64,000 bases of DNA, from IMG/VR virus record IMGVR_UViG_3300029309_000008, positions 1 to 64,000 of that record. One strand, given 5' to 3'. Both the position numbers and the translations under genes were made by a program. This DNA comes from a virus. Shown here piece by piece: positions 1 through 8,069 of the stretch. The notes below the pieces were generated by a model. It was not told where the DNA came from. It did no database searches and saw only the letters and a list, made by a program, of their open reading frames with translations. The stretch's first letter is position 1, and every line of letters begins with the position of its first letter.

Positions 1-108
1 TATTTTCAAAATTCTCATTTCTTTATCACGCTTTTTGCGTAAAAACAAAATCCCCGCCCCCAACATTGTGCACAATGCATTTATAGGGACAGGGATTACA
101 AGTTAAAA

Positions 109-128
109 CCCTACCCCAAAGGGTAGGG
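109..128 (-). terminator. hairpin/terminator after ORF 146..517
   Basis: ccctaccc-caaa-gggtaggg; followed by TTTT on the minus strand. Confidence 0.55.
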
Positions 129-145
129 CACATGAACAAACAACC

Positions 146-517
146 CTATTCTTTTAATTGGTCTTCAATGTTCTCAATTACTCCTTCAGAGAATTGTCTC
201 CTTTCTTCCACCTCGATAAGACTCTTTGGAACTTTTCCCACTATGCCTATCATGTTAGCACCCATGTACTTAAGGCTATCTGACGTATCTTCGAATTGCC
301 AACCTATGCAAGTAAGCATGTCCATAAAGGCTTCAAAGATAAGTGGCTTTGGCCCTTCTGAAATGTCATCAACGTCAAAGAGGAATAGCATCTTTTGGGG
401 AGTCAATAATAGCATCTCAAAAGGAATGAAATGCGCTTCTAAATGATTGCAAGAATGTTCTATTGCTTTTGGGAATCGTCTGCTAATTTCTAATAAAGTT
501 TTTTGTCTGTTTGTCAT
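146..517 (-). CDS. hypothetical early protein (123 aa)
   Basis: ORF with the AT-rich leader TTTAAACCCTTTT shared with neighbouring genes. Confidence 0.75.
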   Translation of the reverse strand: MTNRQKTLLEISRRFPKAIEHSCNHLEAHFIPFEMLLLTPQKMLFLFDVDDISEGPKPLIFEAFMDMLTCIGWQFEDTSDSLKYMGANMIGIVGKVPKSLIEVEERRQFSEGVIENIEDQLKE

Positions 518-543
518 AATAAAAAATAAAAGGGTTTAAACAT

Positions 544-561
544 GCCCTCCTTTCGGAGGGC
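544..561 (-). repeat. intergenic hairpin GCCCTCC-GAAA-GGAGGGC, copy 1
   Basis: Perfect 7-bp stem; near-identical copy at 1276-1293. Confidence 0.85.
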
Positions 562-569
562 TTTACTAC

Positions 570-725
570 TTACCAACCAAGTTTATCTTCTTTTAGTTGG
601 TCAATTTGGAGGTTAATTTCCACCTCGTTTTCATCGACCTCTGCCCAATCAAAGGACTTGAGTTCGTCCTGCTCCTGCTTCACTTGTTTAGGAGTTGGAT
701 TGTAATTGATGTTATCGTCTGCCAT
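570..725 (-). CDS. small acidic protein, 51 aa (MADDNINYNPTPKQVKQEQDELKSFDWAEV...), not in ORF track
   Basis: Hand-translated; preceded by the leader TTTAACCCTTTAATTTTT and the promoter at 780-811. Confidence 0.7.
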   Translation of the reverse strand: MADDNINYNPTPKQVKQEQDELKSFDWAEVDENEVEINLQIDQLKEDKLGW

Positions 726-779
726 CGTTAAAAATTAAAGGGTTAAAAAATATGACTGCTTTCGTAGTCGTTGACTACT

Positions 780-811
780 CAAAGATAAAACGAATAATTA
801 AACTATCCAAA
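780..811 (-). promoter_or_regulatory. Bacteroidota sigma70-type promoter (TTTGG ... TATCTTTG)
   Basis: Perfect -7 TAnnTTTG with the -33 TTTG starting 24 nt upstream. Confidence 0.75.
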
Positions 812-873
812 TTAAATTGTGTTAAAATTCGTTAACAAAATTATCAGCCTATCCTATATAAGGAACGCACACG

Positions 874-905
874 CACGTATACAAAAAAAATTCAACATAT
901 CCAAA
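874..905 (-). promoter_or_regulatory. putative promoter (TTTGG ... TATACGTG)
   Basis: Same TTTGGATA start and 24-nt register as 780-811; variant -7 box. Confidence 0.45.
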
Positions 906-949
906 TTTTTTATGTCATTTTTTTTTCTTTACCTCTGATTGATTCTTTA

Positions 950-980
950 TCACGATACCCACCTTTCGGTGGGCACGTGA
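950..980 (-). other. intergenic hairpin CCCACC-GAAA-GGTGGG with extended TCACG/CGTGA base
   Basis: Inverted repeat seen directly, downstream of ORF 983..1246. Confidence 0.7.
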
Positions 981-982
981 AC

Positions 983-1246
983 CTAATCCCATGTGTAGGT
1001 CTTGTCAGTTGGGGCTTCGCCTCCTTTTAGCCAAGACCTAACGTCAGCATAGTAAGGTCTCTGACGATGTTCTCCGATATGCGAACAAAAAGCATCATTC
1101 ACAATCGAAACATCTTCTCCATCAGCAACGTGTGCCATTTGAAAATGAGTGGAATCTATCTTCTTAAGATAGTAACGATACGGAAGGGTAGGTCTACCTT
1201 CCAAGATGTAAATGCCAGTGACATTTGGGTTTAAAGCATTTTCCAT
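983..1246 (-). CDS. hypothetical early protein (87 aa)
   Basis: ORF with leader TTTAAACCTTTTTTCAA-ATG. Confidence 0.75.
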   Translation of the reverse strand: MENALNPNVTGIYILEGRPTLPYRYYLKKIDSTHFQMAHVADGEDVSIVNDAFCSHIGEHRQRPYYADVRSWLKGGEAPTDKTYTWD

Positions 1247-1275
1247 TTGAAAAAAGGTTTAAAGGTGAAAAAAAT

Positions 1276-1293
1276 GCCCTCCCTTCGGAGGGC
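1276..1293 (-). repeat. intergenic hairpin GCCCTCC-GAAG-GGAGGGC, copy 2 (terminator-like)
   Basis: Near-identical to 544-561; followed by a T-run on the minus strand. Confidence 0.85.
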
Positions 1294-1302
1294 TTGGGTT
1301 AA

Positions 1303-1503
1303 TTACTTTTTGTAGTGTTGACAGACAAAGAATAGCGAAGTTGCTATGGCTTGATAAATGAGCGCACCGATTGGATGTATTGGTGACACTAAGTCTGCAG
1401 TGGTAAACAATTCACATACAAATATTGCAGTGAAAGTAAAGGCTAATATCTGTGCTGATACGCCAAATGAAAATGCTAATTGATACTTTAGTTTGTTCAT
1501 CAT
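1303..1503 (-). CDS. small membrane protein with two hydrophobic segments
   Basis: Hydrophobic stretches; shared leader TTTAACCTTTTAATTTTT. Confidence 0.65.
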   Translation of the reverse strand: MMNKLKYQLAFSFGVSAQILAFTFTAIFVCELFTTADLVSPIHPIGALIYQAIATSLFFVCQHYKK

Positions 1504-1530
1504 AAAAATTAAAAGGTTAAAGAATAAAGG

Positions 1531-1998
1531 TTAAAGGTTAAAGTGTTCGTATGCTTTGAGAATTAGGTTTCGTAGTTGCTTTTTACTGATGTACCCCTTG
1601 TCAGCGTGTTTGTGACAAGTAGGACAAACCACAGCAATATTAGTCTTAGGGTCATTCGCTACCTTTACCTTAGTAGTCTTAGGCAAAGAAGATAGTGAGT
1701 CAATGTGATGTAATTCTTTACAATCATCATATTCATCATAACCACAAACTACGCAAGGCGTTGAAAGTAGAAAGGCATTGACCTTTCGATTGTGATGTCT
1801 AACGTTAGGAAATGAATACTCAGCCAACGTTCGCTCTGAGGGGTCAACGTATGCTGTAGTAACCTCAGTTTTAAGGTATCCAATGTGAGAGTTAGCACAT
1901 TGTCTTGAACAATACTTAGTGCGCTTATCTTTTACAACGTTGTTACAAGTTGGGTTAAAGCAAGTCTTAGTAGTAGTAGTACACATAATTCGTTTCAT
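1531..1998 (-). CDS. Zn-finger HNH endonuclease
   Basis: N-terminal C..C...KYCSRQC finger; CVVCG...ELHHID...NIAVVCPTCH HNH motif. Confidence 0.8.
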   Translation of the reverse strand: MKRIMCTTTTKTCFNPTCNNVVKDKRTKYCSRQCANSHIGYLKTEVTTAYVDPSERTLAEYSFPNVRHHNRKVNAFLLSTPCVVCGYDEYDDCKELHHIDSLSSLPKTTKVKVANDPKTNIAVVCPTCHKHADKGYISKKQLRNLILKAYEHFNL

Positions 1999-2008
1999 TG
2001 TTATAAAT

Positions 2009-2040
2009 ACAAGTTATAACAAAGAATTGAGAATACCAAA
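2009..2040 (-). promoter_or_regulatory. putative promoter (TTTGG ... TAACTTGT)
   Basis: Same 24-nt register; upstream of the HNH gene. Confidence 0.5.
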
Positions 2041-2410
2041 TATTAGATAAATTAATTTAAGGTATATATTATATATGTATATCATACCTATATATAATAG
2101 ATGACAGCGACATCCAGCGACAGCTTAGAAAGAAAGATACATCACATTAGATACATATCTATCTATACATACCTACCCTTGAACATGTACCAAAAGACAG
2201 ATGATTACCTACTACATACCCACCACCAAAAAAAACAAGCGACAAAAAAACGTTTCTAAAATTTACAGGGGGGTACAACAAAATTTTTACAAAAAAAAAT
2301 TTGTAATATATAATACTTACACCCGCAACCTCTGTGTACTCTTAGAGGGCGGGGGTCAATATATTTAGAATATGGGGTGGGGGCTGAGTTTAAAATTAAA
2401 CGAAGGGGAC
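2041..2410. other. long non-coding region; candidate packaging/terminus or origin region
   Basis: No ORF; short repeats AGCGACA x3 and ATACAT; G-runs (GGGGGGTAC, GGGCGGGGGTC, GGGGTGGGGG); lies between two distinct gene blocks. Confidence 0.4.
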
Positions 2411-2411
2411 T

Positions 2412-2440
2412 AAAAAAACACCCCCCACTAGGGAGGGTGC
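2412..2440 (-). terminator. rho-independent terminator of the left minus-strand operon
   Basis: Minus strand CACCCTCCC-TAGT-GGGGGGTG followed by a T-run. Confidence 0.7.
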
Positions 2441-2469
2441 AACCTAAATAACGATGGGACTATTAATGG

Positions 2470-2757
2470 TTATCGTTTGGAGCGTTTTCTTTTTTTCTTA
2501 TTAGCGTTTGCTATAGCTGCTCCTCTTCTTCTGTTAGCCTTTCGTGTGGTAACTGCTAAGTTCTTCTTAGAGTTAGTCCCTCCTCTCGAAAGGGGCCTCT
2601 TATGGTCTACCTCTTTGCCATCTCCCTTTTTGAGACGGCCTTCCTTTGTAAGAATACGTCTGGCTTTGTTGCGTTCCGAGCGTTGAGCAACTGCCTTCTT
2701 AGAACCCCAGTATTTCTTGTAGTTCTTCTTATTGTATTCTTTACTGTTCGTAGCCAT
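2470..2757 (-). CDS. small basic HNH endonuclease
   Basis: GDGKEVDHKRPLSRGGTNSKKNL...ANR motif. Confidence 0.8.
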   Translation of the reverse strand: MATNSKEYNKKNYKKYWGSKKAVAQRSERNKARRILTKEGRLKKGDGKEVDHKRPLSRGGTNSKKNLAVTTRKANRRRGAAIANANKKKRKRSKR

Positions 2758-2850
2758 GGGTGTAGATTAACCCTGGATAGAAGGTTGAGTCTACGGTGTA
2801 GATTAGCCTATCAAGCTCCAGGGTATTGTTTGAGGTGGATATATGGTCCA

Positions 2851-3024
2851 CTACCTCTTCTTAGTACTTCTATGTACCTTTTGAATAGGGAAGTCTGCGA
2901 ACTTAGACGAACCCGTGTGCTTTTTATATCCAGTTGAAGGGTCCTTCATTAGCTTGAGGGAGCCTCCTTTACCTTTCATCCAGTGAAACCCCTTGGGTGC
3001 TGGAACTCTTTTCTTATCTGCCAT
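2851..3024 (-). CDS. small basic protein, 57 aa (MADKKRVPAPKGFHWMKGKGGSLKLMKDP...), not in ORF track
   Basis: Hand-translated; abuts the upstream gene; the APKGxHWMK...LMK motif is typical of small aquatic-phage proteins. Confidence 0.75.
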   Translation of the reverse strand: MADKKRVPAPKGFHWMKGKGGSLKLMKDPSTGYKKHTGSSKFADFPIQKVHRSTKKR

Positions 3025-3026
3025 AA

Positions 3027-3434
3027 TTATTTCTTTTTACTTGCGGTTACTTTACTTTCTCCTTTGGTAACAGTGACATCAGTGTCAGTTACATCAACTT
3101 GCATCGGGTCATCTTCCTTGTCAGACAGCTCTTGAATTAGACTTTTAATTATTTCTAATTCAGGCTTCTCCTCTTTTTCCTTTGCCCCAACGATGTGTTG
3201 TAGTATGCCAATAAGAGCCATAGCTGCTGTAGATACAAGACCTATAACAGCAGTTAAAGCACCTCCTTCTAAAAACTGAGAGCTAATGACACCTATCACT
3301 ACTAATATTGTTATATAGTTTATAGCGTTTTTGCCTAAGTGCTTAGATGCTATCTCTTTCGCAGTGCTTTCTGCGTGTATTTTATCAATCTCTATCTTTG
3401 CTAAGATTTCTTCTTTTAATGTTTCTTTGCTCAT
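3027..3434 (-). CDS. membrane protein with two TM helices (holin-like candidate)
   Basis: Two hydrophobic segments flanked by charged termini. Confidence 0.7.
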   Translation of the reverse strand: MSKETLKEEILAKIEIDKIHAESTAKEIASKHLGKNAINYITILVVIGVISSQFLEGGALTAVIGLVSTAAMALIGILQHIVGAKEKEEKPELEIIKSLIQELSDKEDDPMQVDVTDTDVTVTKGESKVTASKKK

Positions 3435-3436
3435 TA

Positions 3437-3574
3437 TTACTTGTTTCTGCTTTTAAAATAATTTATTTGTCTTTCTCTCTCTTCCGCTTTCTTTTTACTT
3501 CTAAAGGTACCGAGAACGTCTCCTTTCTTTGAGTATAACTTCCACACATTTTTATTTGGCATCTTCCGTATCAC
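3437..3574 (-). CDS. small basic protein, 45 aa (MIRKMPNKNVWKLYSKKGDVLGTFRSKKKAEERERQINYFK...)
   Basis: GTG start overlaps the TGA of the upstream ORF; the track's longer start is unlikely. Confidence 0.7.
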   Translation of the reverse strand: MIRKMPNKNVWKLYSKKGDVLGTFRSKKKAEERERQINYFKSRNK

Positions 3575-3723
3575 TGTTCTATATTTATTGTTATTGTAAC
3601 TACAAATAAAAATAGTTCTGCAGTATACCAATGCACCACATCTGTGGGAGCCAAGCACTGCCAACCCAAAGCACATCTATTGTGGGGCCAATGAAGAGAT
3701 ATATCTATACTCCAGTCTCTCAT
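3571..3723 (-). CDS. small protein, 50 aa (MRDWSIDISLHWPHNRCALGWQ...), not in ORF track
   Basis: Hand-translated; ATGA overlap upstream and GTGA overlap downstream. Confidence 0.7.
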   Translation of the reverse strand: MRDWSIDISLHWPHNRCALGWQCLAPTDVVHWYTAELFLFVVTITINIEQ

Positions 3724-4073
3724 CGTTCAAATAGTTTTTCAAAAGGTATAAGGACTATATTACTTGTGTTATTGTCCCCTCCTTTGACTTTTCTAGCAAA
3801 CTTTGATTTGCAAAGTTCTTTCAATCGTTCTGTGGTTACAAGAACTATAGTATCTTTCTTGCCTCCCTCAACAATTGCAAACCATTCTGCTTCTGTCGTT
3901 GATATTCCAGAATACTTTCCTCGACTAGCATACTCCACGGCTATATTATTAGTGTCTGCTAGTTGAAAATCGGTTTTTACCTCGATTTTTTTGTCTGACA
4001 AAAGATTGCCTAATGTTTCCTCGCCAATTTTACCCAGCTCAAGGTCGTATTTAAAGTCAGAGTTATAATTCAT
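3720..4073 (-). CDS. PD-(D/E)xK-family nuclease
   Basis: DLELGKIGE...IEVKTD...NIAVEY...SGISTTEAEW. Confidence 0.7.
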   Translation of the reverse strand: MNYNSDFKYDLELGKIGEETLGNLLSDKKIEVKTDFQLADTNNIAVEYASRGKYSGISTTEAEWFAIVEGGKKDTIVLVTTERLKELCKSKFARKVKGGDNNTSNIVLIPFEKLFER

Positions 4074-4372
4074 TTCTTTGTTGGTTTACCGTGCTTCCTT
4101 CTCACACTGTTTTTACCCTTCTTGAAGATGTCAACCACCTTATCTTTTCCCATAACCTTAGCACGTTGTTCGCCAACGGTTAAGATTTGTATTTTCCTGG
4201 CGAAAGACTTGCTGCTGTTCTTGACTTTCTTTACAGTGTCTCTAGCATCCTTCTGCGTAGCAAACTTTATACGAACAGTATCTTTTGGATTTTCATCCGT
4301 ATAAAGCCTTCTACCAGAACCTTTAGGCTTCTTGCCAGTCCCTACTTTAGGGTCTTTCTTTTTTCTCGGCAT
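4070..4372 (-). CDS. basic hypothetical protein
   Basis: GTGKKPKGSGRRLYTDENPKDTV motif familiar from aquatic phages; coupled to neighbours. Confidence 0.75.
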   Translation of the reverse strand: MPRKKKDPKVGTGKKPKGSGRRLYTDENPKDTVRIKFATQKDARDTVKKVKNSSKSFARKIQILTVGEQRAKVMGKDKVVDIFKKGKNSVRRKHGKPTKK

Positions 4373-4374
4373 GA

Positions 4375-5079
4375 TTAAGGTACAACCTGTCTGTTAAAAG
4401 AAACAATTCCATCAGTAATTTTACCTGATGTAACGACTGAAAGAAATCCTCCACACTCAGGTAAAACAGTTTTTGCTTTTTCTTTTGTGTAAACAGGTAA
4501 CGAAGCCAATACTTGGCTAAGTTTTATGTATCCTTTTGGAAGATTGCAGTTTCTATATAGAATTTGTTCTTTTTTAATTGCAATATCAAAGTAAGGTACC
4601 TTCTTTTCCACCGCACCATTATTATTGGAACCAAAATTACCAGTTACTAACCGTAAGTCTCCACCAGCTGCCGAAAGATAAGGGTCGCATTTTTTAAGTC
4701 CGTCCCCTACAGCAGCTGCTTCAGTAGCGTATACAGGCAAACTTCCGTAAACAGATGTAAACCTTACATAACCATTTGGTATTTGGCAACCATACTTTAC
4801 AACTTCTTCTTGAGGAATAGCAATGTCAAGAGCATTTGTAAAGTCTCTATCTCCTGTTCCTGTACCCCCTGTACCCCCTGTACCCAAAATAGCAATAGAG
4901 TTAATGCTACCAAGTGAATACATATCACAGTCTCTTAGGCCTGCTGCTCTTGCCTCTGCCTCATTTTTAAATGCAGGTAATCTTGCTATCACTGAGCTTA
5001 ATCTTACGTACCCTGCAGGTACAGCACATCCGTGCTTGACTAGGTTTTCTTTTTTAATCGATATATCGTAACTAGGCAT
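4375..5079 (-). CDS. protein built of three copies of a ~60-aa virion adaptor/decoration module
   Basis: 3x DIxIxxE...C.IP.GYV....LP.Y....A...GL..CD.Y; same module in 24945..25148 and 27836..29023. Confidence 0.75.
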   Translation of the reverse strand: MPSYDISIKKENLVKHGCAVPAGYVRLSSVIARLPAFKNEAEARAAGLRDCDMYSLGSINSIAILGTGGTGGTGTGDRDFTNALDIAIPQEEVVKYGCQIPNGYVRFTSVYGSLPVYATEAAAVGDGLKKCDPYLSAAGGDLRLVTGNFGSNNNGAVEKKVPYFDIAIKKEQILYRNCNLPKGYIKLSQVLASLPVYTKEKAKTVLPECGGFLSVVTSGKITDGIVSFNRQVVP

Positions 5080-5103
5080 TATTTCTCGTTTTTAATTTTA
5101 TTT

Positions 5104-5823
5104 TTAGTCATTTTCAGCTTCCCATTCAAGCTGTTCTTTTAATTCATTTAATGCTTCGGTTAGACCTTTGCTTCCTTCAGCGTATTGTTCAAGGCTATCT
5201 GTCCATTTTGTGTTAAACCATCCAAGGTTTACAATAAATCCTTTCCCATTAGTACTTCCACCACCATCGTCTTCTAATTCTTTACCATCATAGTAGAGCT
5301 TTTCTACAAACTCTCCAAAGTTAGTTTCAAGTATTCCAGCAGAAAGTTTTTTATCATCAAACTCTTCTCCTTCTTCAAGCTCTAGAGTCCAAGTATTTAT
5401 CCATCCCTTCTCTTGGCTCATACAAGCTATTACAGGAACGTAATCCTCTTCAGTGAGCTCTGCATACAAATTATCCCAATCAGGCTCCTCAGTATCAAAG
5501 AAACCGCCTTCTCGGCCCCATAAGAATTGATGTTCTATCTCTCTTTCTTCTTCGGTGTCTGTGTCTATCAAAGTTAAGCTCCCCTCAGCATGGCTACCAT
5601 AAAAATGTAAGATATCGTCTAGGTCGTGCCAGTATTTGTCCTCGCCACCAATCATATGTGGAATGGAATCGTTTTCGTTTTCCTCCCACCCTTCAAGAAT
5701 ATAAGACTCAATCTCCTCTGGGTCCTTATATTTCCAATAATTACAAAATTCTTGAGAAATTTTTCCTATTGTTATTTCTCCTCCGTATCGGTTACCTACA
5801 ATAGTGTAAACTTTTTTACTCAT
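5104..5823 (-). CDS. highly acidic hypothetical protein
   Basis: Long Asp/Glu/Trp-rich ORF. Confidence 0.8.
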   Translation of the reverse strand: MSKKVYTIVGNRYGGEITIGKISQEFCNYWKYKDPEEIESYILEGWEENENDSIPHMIGGEDKYWHDLDDILHFYGSHAEGSLTLIDTDTEEEREIEHQFLWGREGGFFDTEEPDWDNLYAELTEEDYVPVIACMSQEKGWINTWTLELEEGEEFDDKKLSAGILETNFGEFVEKLYYDGKELEDDGGGSTNGKGFIVNLGWFNTKWTDSLEQYAEGSKGLTEALNELKEQLEWEAEND

Positions 5824-6058
5824 GGTTTTGGTTTTTTCTTTTACTAATTATTTCGGAAAACTTTTCAGATGCTGTAAATCCTAGTCCTGCCATAACTATC
5901 CATTGCAAAGATTCAAACATATGTTGCTCTACAGTGTAATCGCAAAATAAATTTGATGTAAAAGCAATTAACATAAAAAGTAAACACATGGCTGTGACTA
6001 CTCTTTTAGAAGATACCTCGCCTCCCTCTGAAAACATTCCTTTAAAAAAATTCTTCAT
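5816..6058 (-). CDS. small membrane protein (holin-like candidate)
   Basis: SSKR motif, two hydrophobic helices, GLGFTASEKF end. Confidence 0.7.
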   Translation of the reverse strand: MKNFFKGMFSEGGEVSSKRVVTAMCLLFMLIAFTSNLFCDYTVEQHMFESLQWIVMAGLGFTASEKFSEIISKRKNQNHE

Positions 6059-6129
6059 CTACCTCTAAGTTTGTCAATAATAATGCATGATAATAATATA
6101 AGGACTACTACAGCAATTTCTATTGACAT
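6055..6129 (-). CDS. 24-aa single-TM peptide (MSIEIAVVVLILLSCIIIDKLRGR)
   Basis: Exactly fills the gap, with TAA-ATG and ATGA coupling. Confidence 0.5.
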   Translation of the reverse strand: MSIEIAVVVLILLSCIIIDKLRGR

Positions 6130-6249
6130 TTATTTTTTCTTTCTTTTTTTCTTGCTAGCACAATGGGCCTTTTGACTAAATCCCTTTGGATTCTTACAGT
6201 TAATTGACTTTTTATACTTAGCTGACCATTTTTTACCCTTCTTCGTCAT
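6130..6249 (-). CDS. 39-aa basic protein (MTKKGKKWSAKYKKSINCKNPKGFSQKAHCASKKKRKKK), not in ORF track
   Basis: Hand-translated; WS.KYK.SI.C.NPKGFSQ.AHC is a recurrent aquatic-phage module. Confidence 0.75.
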   Translation of the reverse strand: MTKKGKKWSAKYKKSINCKNPKGFSQKAHCASKKKRKKK

Positions 6250-6478
6250 ACCATTGTGTATTACCACTTTTTGGTTCTTCTTTTTTTATTGGCTCCTCCT
6301 CATCCATTTGTTTTAGAGTTTCATCCCACTCTAAAAATTTAGGCATATCATAAGACCATATTCCAATCATGGTGGGGTGCTTGACAAACAACTCACCCGA
6401 TGTTTTCATATCTTCATACCTAGCTCTGGAATCCCAATAGCTTTCCTCTTTTATAGGTTTATAATTTTTCTTAGCCAT
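6233..6478 (-). CDS. hypothetical protein
   Basis: ORF within the operon. Confidence 0.7.
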   Translation of the reverse strand: MAKKNYKPIKEESYWDSRARYEDMKTSGELFVKHPTMIGIWSYDMPKFLEWDETLKQMDEEEPIKKEEPKSGNTQWYDEEG

Positions 6479-6519
6479 TTAATATAATAAAAATATTTGA
6501 ATTATCCAAATTCATGACT

Positions 6520-6729
6520 TTAGTTGAGATGTTTATCTACACCAAGTTGAACTCTTTTCTCTACTTCTTCTAAAACAGTCAAAGCAGACAAACCATCCAG
6601 ACCTGATTCTTCTAATGAAGTCAGTAATCTATCTTGTATCTCCACGTTTTCCAACCCTTCTTTTTGGTATGTGTACCAAGCCATTGTAAGTTTGGATAAT
6701 ATTTTATGATGTCTAGCCTCTAGTGTCAT
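6520..6729 (-). CDS. hypothetical protein
   Basis: ORF with ATGA coupling. Confidence 0.7.
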   Translation of the reverse strand: MTLEARHHKILSKLTMAWYTYQKEGLENVEIQDRLLTSLEESGLDGLSALTVLEEVEKRVQLGVDKHLN

Positions 6730-7079
6730 ACAATTGTTATGTGTGGCCTAATTTTTTCCATTACCTCGTCATATGTTGTGGCGAAAAGTCTTGGCAAGAA
6801 GTTGCCTTCACTTTGTATTAAAGCTCTTCCTTTTTTTGTTTTAGATATGCTCCTAATATCATCTACCTTAATCAGCATAGTTTCTTGCTGTAAGTTGTTT
6901 ACACTTTCATCTATATCTTCTGCACAAAGTTCTTCACACTGTTCTTGTAACCTTTCTGCACTTAAACCTAAAGCTTCTGCTTTTTCTTGTGCTTCTTCAA
7001 GACACTGTGAGCAAGACTCGTCCATTTTACCCTCTATCTGGTAGAATGCTTGCAATTCTAAAAATACTGGTTTAGTCAT
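6726..7079 (-). CDS. hypothetical protein
   Basis: ORF coupled to both neighbours. Confidence 0.7.
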   Translation of the reverse strand: MTKPVFLELQAFYQIEGKMDESCSQCLEEAQEKAEALGLSAERLQEQCEELCAEDIDESVNNLQQETMLIKVDDIRSISKTKKGRALIQSEGNFLPRLFATTYDEVMEKIRPHITIV

Positions 7080-8068
7080 TACACTGATTTTGTTAGTAAT
7101 TTTCTAGCCTCTGTCGTTAACGAACTTGCTCTTGACCTGTTAACACTTCCACAAGAATCACATCTAAGTGCATCATACTCAGACATATACGTTTTATAAG
7201 TACCTACAACAGAAAGGTCGGTGCCCCCACAAGTTGCACAACAAGTCACGTTTTCACCAATATGTAACCCCATATTTGGGTGAGGAGTAATCCAAGAGCG
7301 TATCCTTAAATATACTTCTTCAAGAAGGGTTACATCCTTAATATTATATTCTTCCATCTTGTCTAAAGACTCTTGTTCACCTTCCATACAGCCCTTCCAA
7401 AGCTCAAATCCCCCAGTTTTCATTTTTTCTCCTAATTCAAGGAATTGTGCCACATAATCTAGTTTGTTAGACGAAATGTTAAACTTCTTCCTGACATGTT
7501 TAAGGGTGTCAATAGTCTGGTACGGTGTCGGTGGGTGTAAACCCAGTTTTAGGAAGCGAGTGTTAACTCTTTTTATATCAAACTTATCTCCGTTGTGAGC
7601 AATGACTATATCTGCTTCGTTTAATAGTTCCCAAAAATTTCTTACTATTCTAGAATCGTCTTGTGCCTTAACTTCTTTTGGTGTAAGTTTTCCTGTGTAT
7701 ATTTTTTCTTCAAAGAGCCATTTAGCAGACCATGTAATGATAAACCAGTCTGATTCAAGCATAGACAAGTTGTACCCAACATTTTGATTCCACAAGCTCC
7801 ATATATTAGCCATAAGAGGGGCGGTCTCAATATCAAATATTAGCACTCTTGCAGGAGATGATTTAGCAGCTTCTTGATTAATTGCTATCTCTGTCTCAAT
7901 ATCTCCTAGAGAATTTATGTATCTACTAACAGCTCTTCTCCAAGAATCAGAATATTTGTATTTATGTTTATTACAAAACTCTTCCGCTGTGTGGGTAAAA
8001 TTACCATGCCTAGAATATATCTCTAATATTTCAGCGATATTTTTTTGTATAATATCTTTAATAGCCAT
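7079..8068 (-). CDS. RNase H-like (DEDD/YprB-type) 3'-5' exonuclease with C-terminal Zn ribbon
   Basis: IFDIET, AHNGDKFD, IDTL, SNKLD, YNIKDV; CATCG...CDSCG. Confidence 0.85.
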   Translation of the reverse strand: MAIKDIIQKNIAEILEIYSRHGNFTHTAEEFCNKHKYKYSDSWRRAVSRYINSLGDIETEIAINQEAAKSSPARVLIFDIETAPLMANIWSLWNQNVGYNLSMLESDWFIITWSAKWLFEEKIYTGKLTPKEVKAQDDSRIVRNFWELLNEADIVIAHNGDKFDIKRVNTRFLKLGLHPPTPYQTIDTLKHVRKKFNISSNKLDYVAQFLELGEKMKTGGFELWKGCMEGEQESLDKMEEYNIKDVTLLEEVYLRIRSWITPHPNMGLHIGENVTCCATCGGTDLSVVGTYKTYMSEYDALRCDSCGSVNRSRASSLTTEARKLLTKSV

Positions 8069-8069
8069 C

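Noticed and set aside
2759-2805. Mini CRISPR array (GGTGTAGATTA x2, Cas12a-like stem)
   Set aside because: Only two 11-nt copies, no full repeat, no cas genes; kept only as a structured-RNA candidate.
3593-3630. Promoter-like TTGG...TATTTG on the minus strand
   Set aside because: Lies inside the well-coupled 50-aa ORF 3571..3723.
6479-6510. TTTGGATA ... TATATTAA promoter-like element
   Set aside because: Correct register, but the -7 box is poor and abuts the ATG at 6478, leaving no room for a transcript start; not called.
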